From an uncultured Gemmatimonadales bacterium (GTDB lineage Bacteria; Gemmatimonadota; Gemmatimonadetes; Gemmatimonadales; GWC2-71-9): a stretch of 64,000 nt of DNA. A program made the translations under genes and the position numbers. The stretch's first letter is position 1. Each line of letters opens with the position of its first letter. Below are positions 54,845-64,000 of the stretch, one piece after another. The stretch lies in contig CAWJIM010000020.1 in NCBI GenBank assembly GCA_963842945.1, forward strand, positions 1-64,000, read 5' to 3'. The notes beneath the pieces are model-generated. The model worked only from the letters and a program-made list of their open reading frames with translations, was not told where the DNA came from and made no database searches.

Positions 54845-56749
54845 ATGACCATGAAGACCTGCCTGAGTTCTCGGCTGGCGCTCGCCTTCTTCTCCTTCGT
54901 GTGCCCATTGCAGCTGGCGGCCCAGCAACCTCCCGCCCCCTCCGGTCCTCCGCTCTTCAAGCTGGAGGAGGTCATGATCCCGGTCCGGGATGGGATTCAC
55001 CTGCAGACCGCCATCCTCCGGCCGGCAGAGCAGAGTGGTCCGCTTCCAATCCTGTTCACCCGGACTCCCTACGGCGTACCCGATAAGGTGCCGACCGCCC
55101 TCCCGGCCGCCTTCAAGGAGTTGGTGCAGGACGGCTACATCTTCGTGTTCCAGAACCTGCGGGGGCGCTTCAAGTCCGAAGGCGTGTTCAAACTCTCCTC
55201 CTACGTCAACCTTTCCGACTCGACGGCGACCAACGAGACCACCGACGCCTACGACAGCATCGACTGGCTGGTAAGGCACGTGCCGAACAACAACGGCAAG
55301 GTGGGGATGTACGGCGTGTCCTACGACGGACTCACCACGGCGCTGGCCATGCTGAAGCCTCATCCGGCGCTCAAGGCGGTGAGCGAGCAGGCGTCGCCGG
55401 TGGACCAGTGGATGAACGACGACATGCACCGCTACGGCGCGCTCCGGGAAAGCTACGCCTTCGAGTACAGCGTGATGGAGCAGGCCGACAAGAACGAGAA
55501 CACCAACTTCGACTTCGACCTGTACGACTCCTACAGCTGGTACCTCAGGCTGGGTCCCCTCTCGAATGCGAACGCGAAATATCTGAAGAACAAGATTCCC
55601 TACTGGAACGACATCGTCGCCCATCCCGATTACGACGAGTTCTGGAAGCACGAAGCCTGGATCCGCCAGCTCGACTCCACCACGGTGCCCAATCTCAATG
55701 TGGCCGGGTTCTGGGACCAGGAGGACCCGTGGGGACCGTGGCAGATCTTCCGCCATGCGGAGCGGCACGATCCGGAGCACACCAACTTCATGGTAGCGGG
55801 GCCCTGGTTTCACGGTGAGTGGCAGTGGCCCAAGGCCGACAGCATCGGCCTGATTTCGTTCGGAGGACACGATACCGCGCGGGAGTTTCGGGAAGAGATC
55901 GAGGCGCCGTTCTTCCGGTATTATCTGCACGGCAAGGGCGAGAAACCCGGCTGGCAGACGAAAACCTTCCAGTCGGGCTCTAACCAATGGCAGACCTACG
56001 ACGTCTGGCCGCCGAAGAATGCCGAGGCGAGAAAACTCTATCTCCATGCCGACGGCACGCTCTCCTTCGACCCGCCACGCTCCGTGCCCGGATCCGGAGG
56101 GTATCGGCAGTACGTGTCGGATCCGGCCAACCCGGTGCCCTATCGGGAACGACCCATCTCACCGACTTATCCCGGAGGTGACTGGCGCACCTGGGAGGTC
56201 GCCGACCAGCGATTCGTGGACGGCCGGCCCGACGTGCTGACCTATGTCAGCGAGCCGCTGAAGGAGGATCTCACCGTCACTGGAGAGCTGGCCGCCAGTC
56301 TGTATGCCTCGACCTCCGGCACGGACGCAGACTTCATCGTCAAGCTGATCGACGTGTACCCCGAGGAGACGCAGCCGGACACCTGGGACAAGGATGAGGG
56401 GCCCAAACCGGGCCAGTACCAGCAATCAATCAACGGCTACGAGCTACCGATCGCGATGGAGGTGAAGCGAGGACGATACAACCAGAGCTACGAGCATCCC
56501 AAGCCGCTGCCGGCGGGGAAGCCGGTGAAATGGGCGATCCCGCTCCGGGACCATGACCATGTGTTCCTGAAGGGGCACCGGCTGATGGTGCAGGTACAGT
56601 CCACCTGGTTCCCGATCATCGACCGGAACCCGCAGAAGTTCGTGCCCAGCATCTACCAGGCCAAGGCGAGCGACTACGTAAAGGCCACGCAGCGAGTGTA
56701 TTCGTCGCCGGAGTTGCCCTCGCACGTTGTGCTGCCGGTGGTTCGGTAG
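54845..56749 (+). CDS. CocE/NonD hydrolase, second copy
   Basis: FTRTPYG, QNLRGRFKSEG, GVSYDG, WDQED, GPWFHG. Confidence 0.93.
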   Translation: MTMKTCLSSRLALAFFSFVCPLQLAAQQPPAPSGPPLFKLEEVMIPVRDGIHLQTAILRPAEQSGPLPILFTRTPYGVPDKVPTALPAAFKELVQDGYIFVFQNLRGRFKSEGVFKLSSYVNLSDSTATNETTDAYDSIDWLVRHVPNNNGKVGMYGVSYDGLTTALAMLKPHPALKAVSEQASPVDQWMNDDMHRYGALRESYAFEYSVMEQADKNENTNFDFDLYDSYSWYLRLGPLSNANAKYLKNKIPYWNDIVAHPDYDEFWKHEAWIRQLDSTTVPNLNVAGFWDQEDPWGPWQIFRHAERHDPEHTNFMVAGPWFHGEWQWPKADSIGLISFGGHDTAREFREEIEAPFFRYYLHGKGEKPGWQTKTFQSGSNQWQTYDVWPPKNAEARKLYLHADGTLSFDPPRSVPGSGGYRQYVSDPANPVPYRERPISPTYPGGDWRTWEVADQRFVDGRPDVLTYVSEPLKEDLTVTGELAASLYASTSGTDADFIVKLIDVYPEETQPDTWDKDEGPKPGQYQQSINGYELPIAMEVKRGRYNQSYEHPKPLPAGKPVKWAIPLRDHDHVFLKGHRLMVQVQSTWFPIIDRNPQKFVPSIYQAKASDYVKATQRVYSSPELPSHVVLPVVR

Positions 56750-56796
56750 GGCGGGAAGGACGGAGACTCGGTCACAGGTATGCGCCGGCTTTGTTC

Positions 56797-57669
56797 CTAC
56801 ACCAGCTCTGCAGGAACCGCCTCTCGCGCTCCAAGCAGCTTCTCCATCTTCTCCCGTGTGCCGGTGCCCGGCGCGGGCACGTACGTAATCAGCCGGAGCG
56901 ACGCCATCCGCTCGTCGAGCACCTCGAGCACTGTAAAATCAAATACCAGCCGTCCGGCCTCAGGGTGGTCGTAGTGCTTCACTCCTTCCTGCGAGGTCTC
57001 GATGTCGTTCTCATTCCACCAGCGCTCGAATTGGTCGACTCCTGGTGCGGAGTACCGTCACCAGCTCATTGAACCAGGGATCATCGATCCGGCTGGCATA
57101 CTGAGCCCGGAGCTTGGCCACGCATTGCCGCCCGTGGTGATCCCAGTTCTCCAGCATCGACCGCATCCGGTCGCCCAGAAAGAGTTGGTACAGGGCGTTG
57201 CGCTCGAGCCCCTGAAGGCCCGCAAGATCGCCGTGGATGACGGAAGCCGCCCGATTCCAGGCCAGGATGTCCCATCGCTCCCCAAAGACCCAGGCCGGGC
57301 CGTATTCCAGCTGATCTATCAGCCGCTGGAGCCGGAGACTCACCGAGACCTCGCGCGGCGCGTCTCCGCCGCCGCTCGCAATCGCGTGGCCTGCCAGGGT
57401 AAGCAGGTGGCGCGTCTCATTGGGTTCCAGCCGGAGAGCGGTACCGATCCGGCGGAGTACGCCTACCGAAGGGTGGACCTCACTGGCCTGCTCCAGCCAA
57501 GTGTACCACTCCGCGCTGACCCCGGCTGCAGTGGCTACCTCTTCCCGGCGCAGTCCCGGCGTGCGCCGCCGCCGTCCTCGGGGAATCCCAGCTCCTCCGG
57601 TTGCCGCCGCATACGGCGGGTTCTGAGGAAGTTGGCGATTTCCCTTCTCCGATCATCACTTAGCATCAT
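56797..57669 (-). CDS. XRE-HTH / MmyB-like transcriptional regulator (frameshifted)
   Basis: RRREIANFLRTRR..QPEELG, RRTPGLRREEVA, WYTWLEQ, PAWV..RWDILAWN, HPEAGRL. Confidence 0.9.
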
Positions 57670-57770
57670 CGACCTACGTACGTGCCTAATGGATATGTCC
57701 GCGTGGAGAGACCCTTCGCTGACTCAGGATGACTCGGGTGACCAGACTCGACACCCCGGCCGGCTGCCAA

Positions 57771-57816
57771 CCAGGAACAGCCAATACCAGGATAACCGGT
57801 TCCTTATCCCTGGATA
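57771..57816. promoter_or_regulatory. Candidate operator in the divergent regulator/AKR intergenic region
   Basis: CCAGGA direct repeats (57771, 57787) and the imperfect inverted repeat taccaggataa/ttatccctggata. Confidence 0.5.
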
Positions 57817-57912
57817 TACTGCCCGCTACACTGGACCCGTGAAAGGGCAGGGACGGTAACGTTCCTGCAACAACGAAACGCCCAGATTTACCCGGACGTA
57901 CTAGAGGAGACC

Positions 57913-58909
57913 ATGAAAGCACGAAAACTGGGTGCCACCGGAATCGACATCCCCGCCATCGGGCTCGGCTGCATGAGCATGAGTCCGGTGTACGGCCCAA
58001 CCGACGATGCCGGGTCGATCGCCACGATTCATCGTGCTCTCGACCTGGGCATCAACTTCCTCGATACCGCGGACATCTACGGCGCCGGCGGCAACGAGGA
58101 GCTGGTCGGCAAGGCGATCAGGGGCCGGCGCAATGAAGTCATCGTCGCCACGAAATTCGGCAATGTGATCAAGGGTGCCTGGGCCGACGCCGAAGGGCTA
58201 TGCCATAGACGGCACTCCGGCGTACGTGAAGCGCGCGGTCGAGACCAGCCTCCGCCGGCTCGGCATCGAGACGATCGACCTCTATTATCAGCACCGGGTC
58301 GATCCCCAGACGCCGATTGAAGAGACGGTGGGCGCGATGGCCGAACTGGTGAAGGAAGGGAAGGTCCGCTACCTCGGCCTCTCCGAGGCGGCGCCAGAGA
58401 CGATACGCCGGGCCCACGCGGTGCATCCCATCGCGGCACTTCAGACAGAATACTCGCTCTGGACCCGCGATCCGGAGCAGGAGCTCCTGGGGGTGACCGA
58501 GGAGCTGGGGATTACCTTCGTGGCATACAGTCCGTTGGGGCGTGGCTTCCTGACCGGTACCCTCAAGAGCCCGAGCGACCTCGCTCCGGACGATTGGCGG
58601 CGCACCAATCCCCGGTTCCAGGGCGAGAACTTCCAGAAGAACCTGGAGCTGGTCGAGGAGCTCGAGATGCTGGCGAAGGACAAAGGCGCCACTCCCGCGC
58701 AGCTGGCGCTCGCCTGGCTCTTGGCCCGGGGCAGGAACGTGGTGCCGATCCCCGGCAGCCGCCGAATCGAGCGACTGGAGGAGAACGCAGCCGCGACCGA
58801 TATCGAGCTGACTGAGAACGACCTCCACCGCCTGGAGCTGATCGCGCCGGTGGGAGCGGCGGTGGGTACCCGCTACCCTGAGCCGATGATGGCGGCGCTC
58901 AATGGGTGA
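57913..58909 (+). CDS. Aldo/keto reductase (frameshift ~58175)
   Basis: [41 protein letters not shown]. Confidence 0.93.
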
Positions 58910-58937
58910 GGCAGGATACTTGGAAATGGAGTACTCG

Positions 58938-59357
58938 ATGAACGATACGACAGAACTGCGCCGGGCAGTGGACCGGATCCTCCTCGGCGATCTCGAGCCC
59001 ATGCTCGGCCTGCTGGCTGACGACGTGGAATTCTGTGTCGAGGTCGAGGGAGATGAACCGTTCTGCCTGGAAGGCTGCGGCAAAAAGCCGGTGGTGGACT
59101 ATTTCACTGCGCTCGGCGGGCTGGTGACGTTCTGGCAGATGGACTACACCGCGCGCGGCGACCAGCTGATCGCCTGGGGCAGGGAAAGCTTCACCATCGA
59201 GAACTGCGCCCTCGAGGGCGCCTGCGAGTTTGCGCTGGTGTTCGACATGGTAGACGGCGCGATCGGCCGGTTTCTGGTGGTGGAGGACCTGCCCTCGTTC
59301 ATCCGCGGCGGCAGGTCCTTGGATGAGCATTCAGAGGCCGCCATGGCTCAGATCTAA
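58938..59357 (+). CDS. SnoaL/NTF2-like protein
   Basis: GDLEPMLGLLADDVEF..GKKPVVDYF..DGAIGRF..ED. Confidence 0.7.
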   Translation: MNDTTELRRAVDRILLGDLEPMLGLLADDVEFCVEVEGDEPFCLEGCGKKPVVDYFTALGGLVTFWQMDYTARGDQLIAWGRESFTIENCALEGACEFALVFDMVDGAIGRFLVVEDLPSFIRGGRSLDEHSEAAMAQI

Positions 59358-59369
59358 AAGAGAACCGTC

Positions 59370-60248
59370 ATGAGAGTAAAGACACGGCTCGGCGGAACCT
59401 TTACCCTGGCGAAGGACCTGACGGTCGCTCGAATGGGGTACGGCGCAATGCAGCTCGCCGGCCCCGGCGTCTTCGGTCCGCCGAAGGACCGGCGTGCCGC
59501 TGTTGCCGTCCTGCGCGAGGCCGTGGAGCTGGGCATCAATCACATCGATACGAGCGACTACTACGGCCCGCACGTCACCAACCAGATCATCCGGGAAGCG
59601 CTTCACCCCTACCCGGCCGAGCTGCACATCGTGACCAAGGTGGGCGCGAGACGGGATGCCCAGGGTGGCTGGCTGCCCGCGCGAGCTCCCCAGCAGCTGC
59701 GCCAGGCCGTACACGACAATCTGAACAATCTCGGCCTCGACACACTCGACGTCGTCAACCTCCGGGTCGGCGGCGGCCGCGACGGTAGTTCACCGGTGCC
59801 GGGCTCGATCGCCGAACCGTTCACGGTGCTGGCAGGGCTGCAGCAGGAAGGATTGATCAGACATCTGGGGCTCAGCACCGTCTCCGCGGAGCAGGTGGCC
59901 GAAGCCCAGTCGATCGCGCCGGTCGTGTGCGTGCAGAACTACTACAATGTGGCCCACCGGGAGGACGACGCCTTCATCGACTCGCTCGCGGCTCAGGGGA
60001 TTGCCTACGTGCCGTACTTCCCGTTCGGCGGCTTCACCCCACTCCAATCCGACACCCTCGCCGCCGTTGCTACCCGTCTTGGCACGACACCCGCGTCCGT
60101 GGCGCTGGCGTGGCTGCTTCAGCGTTCTCCAAACATTCTGCTGATTCCGGGGACGTCGTCAGTGGTGCATCTGCGCGAGAACGTCGACGCCGCTGGGCTC
60201 ACGCTTTCCGAACACGACCTGAGCGAGCTGAACAGTATTGGCACGTGA
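59370..60248 (+). CDS. Aldo/keto reductase (YdbC-like)
   Basis: RMGYGAMQLAGPGVFGPP, IDTSDYYGP, IVTKVG, LLIPGTSS. Confidence 0.93.
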   Translation: MRVKTRLGGTFTLAKDLTVARMGYGAMQLAGPGVFGPPKDRRAAVAVLREAVELGINHIDTSDYYGPHVTNQIIREALHPYPAELHIVTKVGARRDAQGGWLPARAPQQLRQAVHDNLNNLGLDTLDVVNLRVGGGRDGSSPVPGSIAEPFTVLAGLQQEGLIRHLGLSTVSAEQVAEAQSIAPVVCVQNYYNVAHREDDAFIDSLAAQGIAYVPYFPFGGFTPLQSDTLAAVATRLGTTPASVALAWLLQRSPNILLIPGTSSVVHLRENVDAAGLTLSEHDLSELNSIGT

Positions 60249-60251
60249 GTG

Positions 60252-61481
60252 CTACTTGGCGGCCGCGATCCCCGCGGCCCGGCCGGTCGCCCAGGCCCAG
60301 AGAAAGTTGTACCCGCCGATAGGGCCAAATGCATCCAGTACCTCACCACACAAGAAGAGTCCCGGATGGATCCGACTCTCCATCGTTCGGGGATCGATCT
60401 CGGCGAGACTCACCCCACCACCGGTGACCTCCGCCTTCTTGTAGCCCTCGTCCCCGGTCCAGGGCAACTCACCGCGTACCAGCATGTCAACGAGACGCAG
60501 GCGTTCTTCCCGCCCCAACTGCGCCAGCGGCCTGGCTGGTGGGACTGCAGCCATTCCCGCGAGCGCATCGGCGAGACGGTCGGGCAGCTCGCGCCGGAGG
60601 GCTCCGGCCACGGTGCGGGTACCGTCGGGTTTTAACGCAGCTTCCCATTGGGCCTGGTCGAGCGTGGTCCAGCGAACCGTGAGGCGGGCGCCTCCGTTTC
60701 CTTCCAGCCGCGAGCGGGCGATCACATGGGAGACATCTAACACGGAGGGGCCACTGTAGCCCCGATGCGTAAAGAGGAATCCACCCGTGGCGTTGGACTG
60801 CCTTGCGGTATCGCGCGCGGTGATCGTCACTGGGAGCGAGATGCCGGCGAGCGCAGCGAACGTGGATGGCTCAGCGAGCACGGGTGTGAGCGCCGGATAC
60901 GTCGGGTGGATCGTGTGTCCCAACGCCCCCAGCATCGAGAGCCCGCGGCCGTCGCTCCCAGTGTTCGGCACCGAGAGGCCGCCGGTCGCCACGATGACGG
61001 CGTCGACCCGCAATGGTGAATCGCTCTGGCGCTCCACCTCCCATCCATCTCGTGCCGGAGCGATCCCGATGACGCTGTTGCCGGGGAGGAACCGGGCGCC
61101 GCGACGGGCGGCCAGGACGAGCAGCCCGTCCCGGACATCCCGAGCACGATTGGATGCGGGAAACAGCTTGGCCGATTCTTCCTCTTCGACCAACGCCAGG
61201 CCGAGCTCGCGCTCGAAGAATTCGATCTGCTCCGGTAGCGGCCAGGAGCGGAGCATCTTGCGCAGTGTGTTTGGAGAAGAGTCGGTGACGAACCGCCGCT
61301 CGTCGACCCGGGCAGGAAGAATGTTGCAGCGCCCGCCCCCGCTGATGAGAATCTTGCGTCCGCCATCCCGGGTGCTCTCGAGCAGCAGGGTTTCCGCCCC
61401 GCCAGCTGCGGCAAAGATCGCCGCCATCGTCCCGGCCGCACCCGCCCCGATGACGGCAACGCGGCAGGAGGCTAGGGCCAC
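60252..61481 (-). CDS. HI0933/BaiN family FAD-dependent oxidoreductase
   Basis: IGAGAAG, KILISGGGRCN, ATGGLSVP.TGSDG, FTHRGYSGP, AEVTGGGV, GGYNF..AWATG. Confidence 0.92.
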   Translation of the reverse strand: MALASCRVAVIGAGAAGTMAAIFAAAGGAETLLLESTRDGGRKILISGGGRCNILPARVDERRFVTDSSPNTLRKMLRSWPLPEQIEFFERELGLALVEEEESAKLFPASNRARDVRDGLLVLAARRGARFLPGNSVIGIAPARDGWEVERQSDSPLRVDAVIVATGGLSVPNTGSDGRGLSMLGALGHTIHPTYPALTPVLAEPSTFAALAGISLPVTITARDTARQSNATGGFLFTHRGYSGPSVLDVSHVIARSRLEGNGGARLTVRWTTLDQAQWEAALKPDGTRTVAGALRRELPDRLADALAGMAAVPPARPLAQLGREERLRLVDMLVRGELPWTGDEGYKKAEVTGGGVSLAEIDPRTMESRIHPGLFLCGEVLDAFGPIGGYNFLWAWATGRAAGIAAAK

Positions 61482-63202
61482 ACCGTTCTTCCCTCCAGCA
61501 GTGTCCGTTCCACCCTGACTCTGTGAATCTCTGCGACCGGCGTCTCGAACAGGTTCCGATCCAGCACGATCAGGTCGGCGAGCTTGCCGGCCTCGATCGT
61601 GCCGGTTTCCCGCTCCAGATGGTTTTGATATGCCGGATTGATGGTGTACATCGCAATCATCGTCGCGAGGTCCACTCGTTCCTCCGGATTCCAGGGCCGG
61701 AGTTTCGGCTGATCCGGCTGCTGGTGGGTGATTCCCACCTCGATCGCGTCCAGCGGATTGAGCGACGATACCGACCAGTCGCTCCCGCCGGACACGACCG
61801 CTCCGGTGCGCACCACGCTTGCGATCGGATAGAGCCAGCGCGACCGTTTGGGTCCCAGCGCCGGCTCGGTGAGCTTTGTCAGATACTCGTCCCCGTTTGC
61901 CCACAGCGCCTGGAAGTTCGCAATAACGCCGAGATCCCGGAAACGGGGAATGTCAGCCGGATCGATCAGCTCGAGGTGGGTGATGGTATGTCGGGCATCG
62001 TGGGCGCCGTTCCGGCTCCGGGCATAGGCGAAGGCATCGAGGGTCATCCGGATGGCGCGATCGCCGATGGCGTGGACGTGGATCTGAAATCCACTGCGGT
62101 CAAGCGCCACGGCCAGATCCTTGAGTGGGACCGGATCGTAGATCGGCTGGCCCGAGTCGCCCTTCCGATCGAGGTAGGGATGAAGCAGCGCCGCGGTCCG
62201 GGACTCGATGACCCCATCGGCGAAGAGCTTCACCGCCGTGGGCCGGACGCGCGGCGTGGTATACCGGCTTCGGAGGTCTCTCAGCTGCGGCAGCAGGCTG
62301 TCGGGCAGCGGGTCTTTCAGGTGTATCGCCGCGACCACCCGGAGCGTGAGCGCTCTCTTGCGGTCCGCCTCGGCGTAGGTCCGCAGGCCAGCCTCATCGG
62401 TCGAGGCGCTGAACACGGTGGTGATGCCGAACCGATTGGCCAGGCGCTGGGCCCGCTCCAATCCCGCGGCGAGTTCGGCGGCGGTGCGCTCGGGCAGGGC
62501 CTTCGCCACGAGATTCACTGCGTCTTCCCGAAGGGTACCACTGGGCTCACCCGTTTTCGGGTCTCGCTCGATCCGGCCGTGAGCGGGGTCAGGCGTCTGT
62601 CGCGTAACCTTCGCCAGTGCGAGGGCCCTCGAGTTAACCCACGCTGAATGGCCATCGGCGGCGTAGATGAGAGCCGGACGGTCGGGCACCGCCTGGTCGA
62701 GTAGCGCGGCTGCCGGGTTGGCGCGCTCGAACACCGGCAGTTGCCACCCGCCGCCGCGTACCCAGGCGGCCTCGGGGTGAGCGCGGGCACAGGCGCGGAT
62801 GCTGTCTACGATTGCCGAGGGAGTGGTGAGATCGTACAACGTGCAGTCGCCTAGCTCCACGCCTGCGTCGATCGGATGGACATGCCCGTCCTGAAAACCG
62901 GGCAGAACCATCTTGCCGCCTAGGTCGACGACTTCGGTTTCGGGACCGATGAGGCCAGACGGCAAACTGTCGCTTCCGACGTACACGATGCGTCCATCAC
63001 GGATACCCACCGCGGAGGCCCAACTGCGAGCGGCGTCCACCGTGTAGACCGCGGCCCCCCGAAAGACGAGATCTGCGGGCAGCACGGTTGGAGACTTGGG
63101 TCCCGTCTCCGCGCAGGCCACCAGCCCCAGAAGGCCAATCAAGCTCCGCAAGCGCACCACAGAGGCACAAAGGACATGCCTCCCGGCTGGCCGTCTGTCC
63201 AC
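61472..63202 (-). CDS. Amidohydrolase-3 family lipoprotein (YtcJ-like)
   Basis: PGFQDGHVH, DGHSAWVNS, KLFADG, HAIGDRA, GSDW, GKLADL. Confidence 0.92.
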   Translation of the reverse strand: MDRRPAGRHVLCASVVRLRSLIGLLGLVACAETGPKSPTVLPADLVFRGAAVYTVDAARSWASAVGIRDGRIVYVGSDSLPSGLIGPETEVVDLGGKMVLPGFQDGHVHPIDAGVELGDCTLYDLTTPSAIVDSIRACARAHPEAAWVRGGGWQLPVFERANPAAALLDQAVPDRPALIYAADGHSAWVNSRALALAKVTRQTPDPAHGRIERDPKTGEPSGTLREDAVNLVAKALPERTAAELAAGLERAQRLANRFGITTVFSASTDEAGLRTYAEADRKRALTLRVVAAIHLKDPLPDSLLPQLRDLRSRYTTPRVRPTAVKLFADGVIESRTAALLHPYLDRKGDSGQPIYDPVPLKDLAVALDRSGFQIHVHAIGDRAIRMTLDAFAYARSRNGAHDARHTITHLELIDPADIPRFRDLGVIANFQALWANGDEYLTKLTEPALGPKRSRWLYPIASVVRTGAVVSGGSDWSVSSLNPLDAIEVGITHQQPDQPKLRPWNPEERVDLATMIAMYTINPAYQNHLERETGTIEAGKLADLIVLDRNLFETPVAEIHRVRVERTLLEGRTVWP

Positions 63203-63203
63203 C

Positions 63204-63980
63204 TTAGATCGGGCCGCTCAGCACGATTGGCGACGTCGGCTGGGCGGAGCCGGATGGCGGTTCGACCGTGATCGCAGCCGCGCTGATCTTGCCCCCTGAG
63301 GGGACCTTCACGCCGCTCACTGTCGCCGAGCCGTTCTTCGGGGTGAACGTCACCGAGGGGACGGGCTTTCCATCCCGGATGAACCAGAGCTGATACGCCC
63401 GTCCCGGCGGCACCGGCTTGAGACGATAGGCATTTATCAGCGCCTGGTTGCGGCGTTGATTCCAGAAGAGCTGGATGCCCGGCTCCGGATCGCCGCTGGC
63501 GGTGAGCTGATAGACCCGTACTCCCGGATCCAGCACCGTTTCCAGCAACGCTTGACGCTCGGCCAGCTGTTGCTGCTGGACAGCGAGAGTGCTGTCGCGC
63601 TGAGCCAGAGCGACGTCGCGCTCCCGAAGGTCACGCCGCAACGAGAAGATCCCCGCACCCAATGCAATCACCGCCGCAATCCCCGCGGCCAACGCGGCCC
63701 AGGTGGCCGGCGGGGGCTTTCTCCGCGACAGTGAGGTTACGCCCGCGCTCGAGGCCCTCGAGGTGGCGAGCACGCGAGCCCGAAGGTCGGGTGCAGGCCC
63801 GCTACCGCTCTCTCCCAGGCCCAGCAATGCTGCCACTTCGCGATACTCGGCGACGTCGCGCTGGAGCTCCGCCGAGCCGGCCAGCAGCCGTTCGAACTCG
63901 CGTACCTCGTCTGGCCCCAGCGCACCAAGCGCGTAGGCGCCGGCGAGATCCCGCACCGATTCCTGCTCGGGGTGGCTCAT
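63204..63980 (-). CDS. Anti-sigma factor (RskA-like)
   Basis: LAGAYALGAL..E..EFE; TM helix; YQLWFI; AITVEP.GS.QPT. Confidence 0.9.
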   Translation of the reverse strand: MSHPEQESVRDLAGAYALGALGPDEVREFERLLAGSAELQRDVAEYREVAALLGLGESGSGPAPDLRARVLATSRASSAGVTSLSRRKPPPATWAALAAGIAAVIALGAGIFSLRRDLRERDVALAQRDSTLAVQQQQLAERQALLETVLDPGVRVYQLTASGDPEPGIQLFWNQRRNQALINAYRLKPVPPGRAYQLWFIRDGKPVPSVTFTPKNGSATVSGVKVPSGGKISAAAITVEPPSGSAQPTSPIVLSGPI

Positions 63981-64000
63981 GGCCCGCGCTCGAAGAAGAA
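63977..64000 (-). CDS. 3' end of an upstream gene, probably the cognate ECF sigma factor
   Basis: ..FFERGP stop overlaps the anti-sigma ATG (ATGA). Identity inferred from position only. Confidence 0.35.
   Translation of the reverse strand, partial: FFFERGP

Noticed and set aside
1..64000. Widespread pseudogenisation or programmed frameshifting
   Set aside because: Indels hit unrelated genes, vary by region, lack in-frame stops or slippery-site consistency, and motifs stay intact. This fits long-read consensus error.

Overview
GC-rich bacterial chromosomal window. Gene content and intergenic repeat style suggest Gemmatimonadota (inference only). Many genes carry scattered 1-bp indels, densest at 1-17 kb and 26-28 kb; these look like uncorrected long-read errors, so genes were rebuilt across frameshifts and some boundaries are approximate. 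Content in order: end of a PKD-repeat protein; ABC-F ATPase; a ~310-bp nested palindrome; OsmC; four tandem outer-membrane beta-barrel genes headed by a c-di-GMP-I (GEMM-I) riboswitch on the minus strand; a TetR-TolC-MFP-RND efflux operon; a ~14.4-kb convergent sugar (probably trehalose-type) locus (ABC transporter, GMC oxidoreductase plus Tat subunit, DUF1080, an uncharacterised (alpha/alpha)6 hydrolase, GH65-like enzyme, TonB receptor); many small enzymes including an AAC(6')-I-like acetyltransferase and two CocE/NonD hydrolases; DUF5916; PPK2; agmatinase; a DUF305 plus twin LVIVD-propeller module; a GH20 plus phosphodiester glycosidase operon; an XRE/MmyB regulator with aldo-keto reductases; HI0933 flavoprotein; amidohydrolase; RskA-like anti-sigma. 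I found no tRNA, rRNA, CRISPR array, transposase or phage gene. Best candidates for undescribed biology: the riboswitch-headed Cys-paired beta-barrel array, the DUF305/LVIVD putative metal module, and the oxidative sugar locus with its unknown hydrolase.
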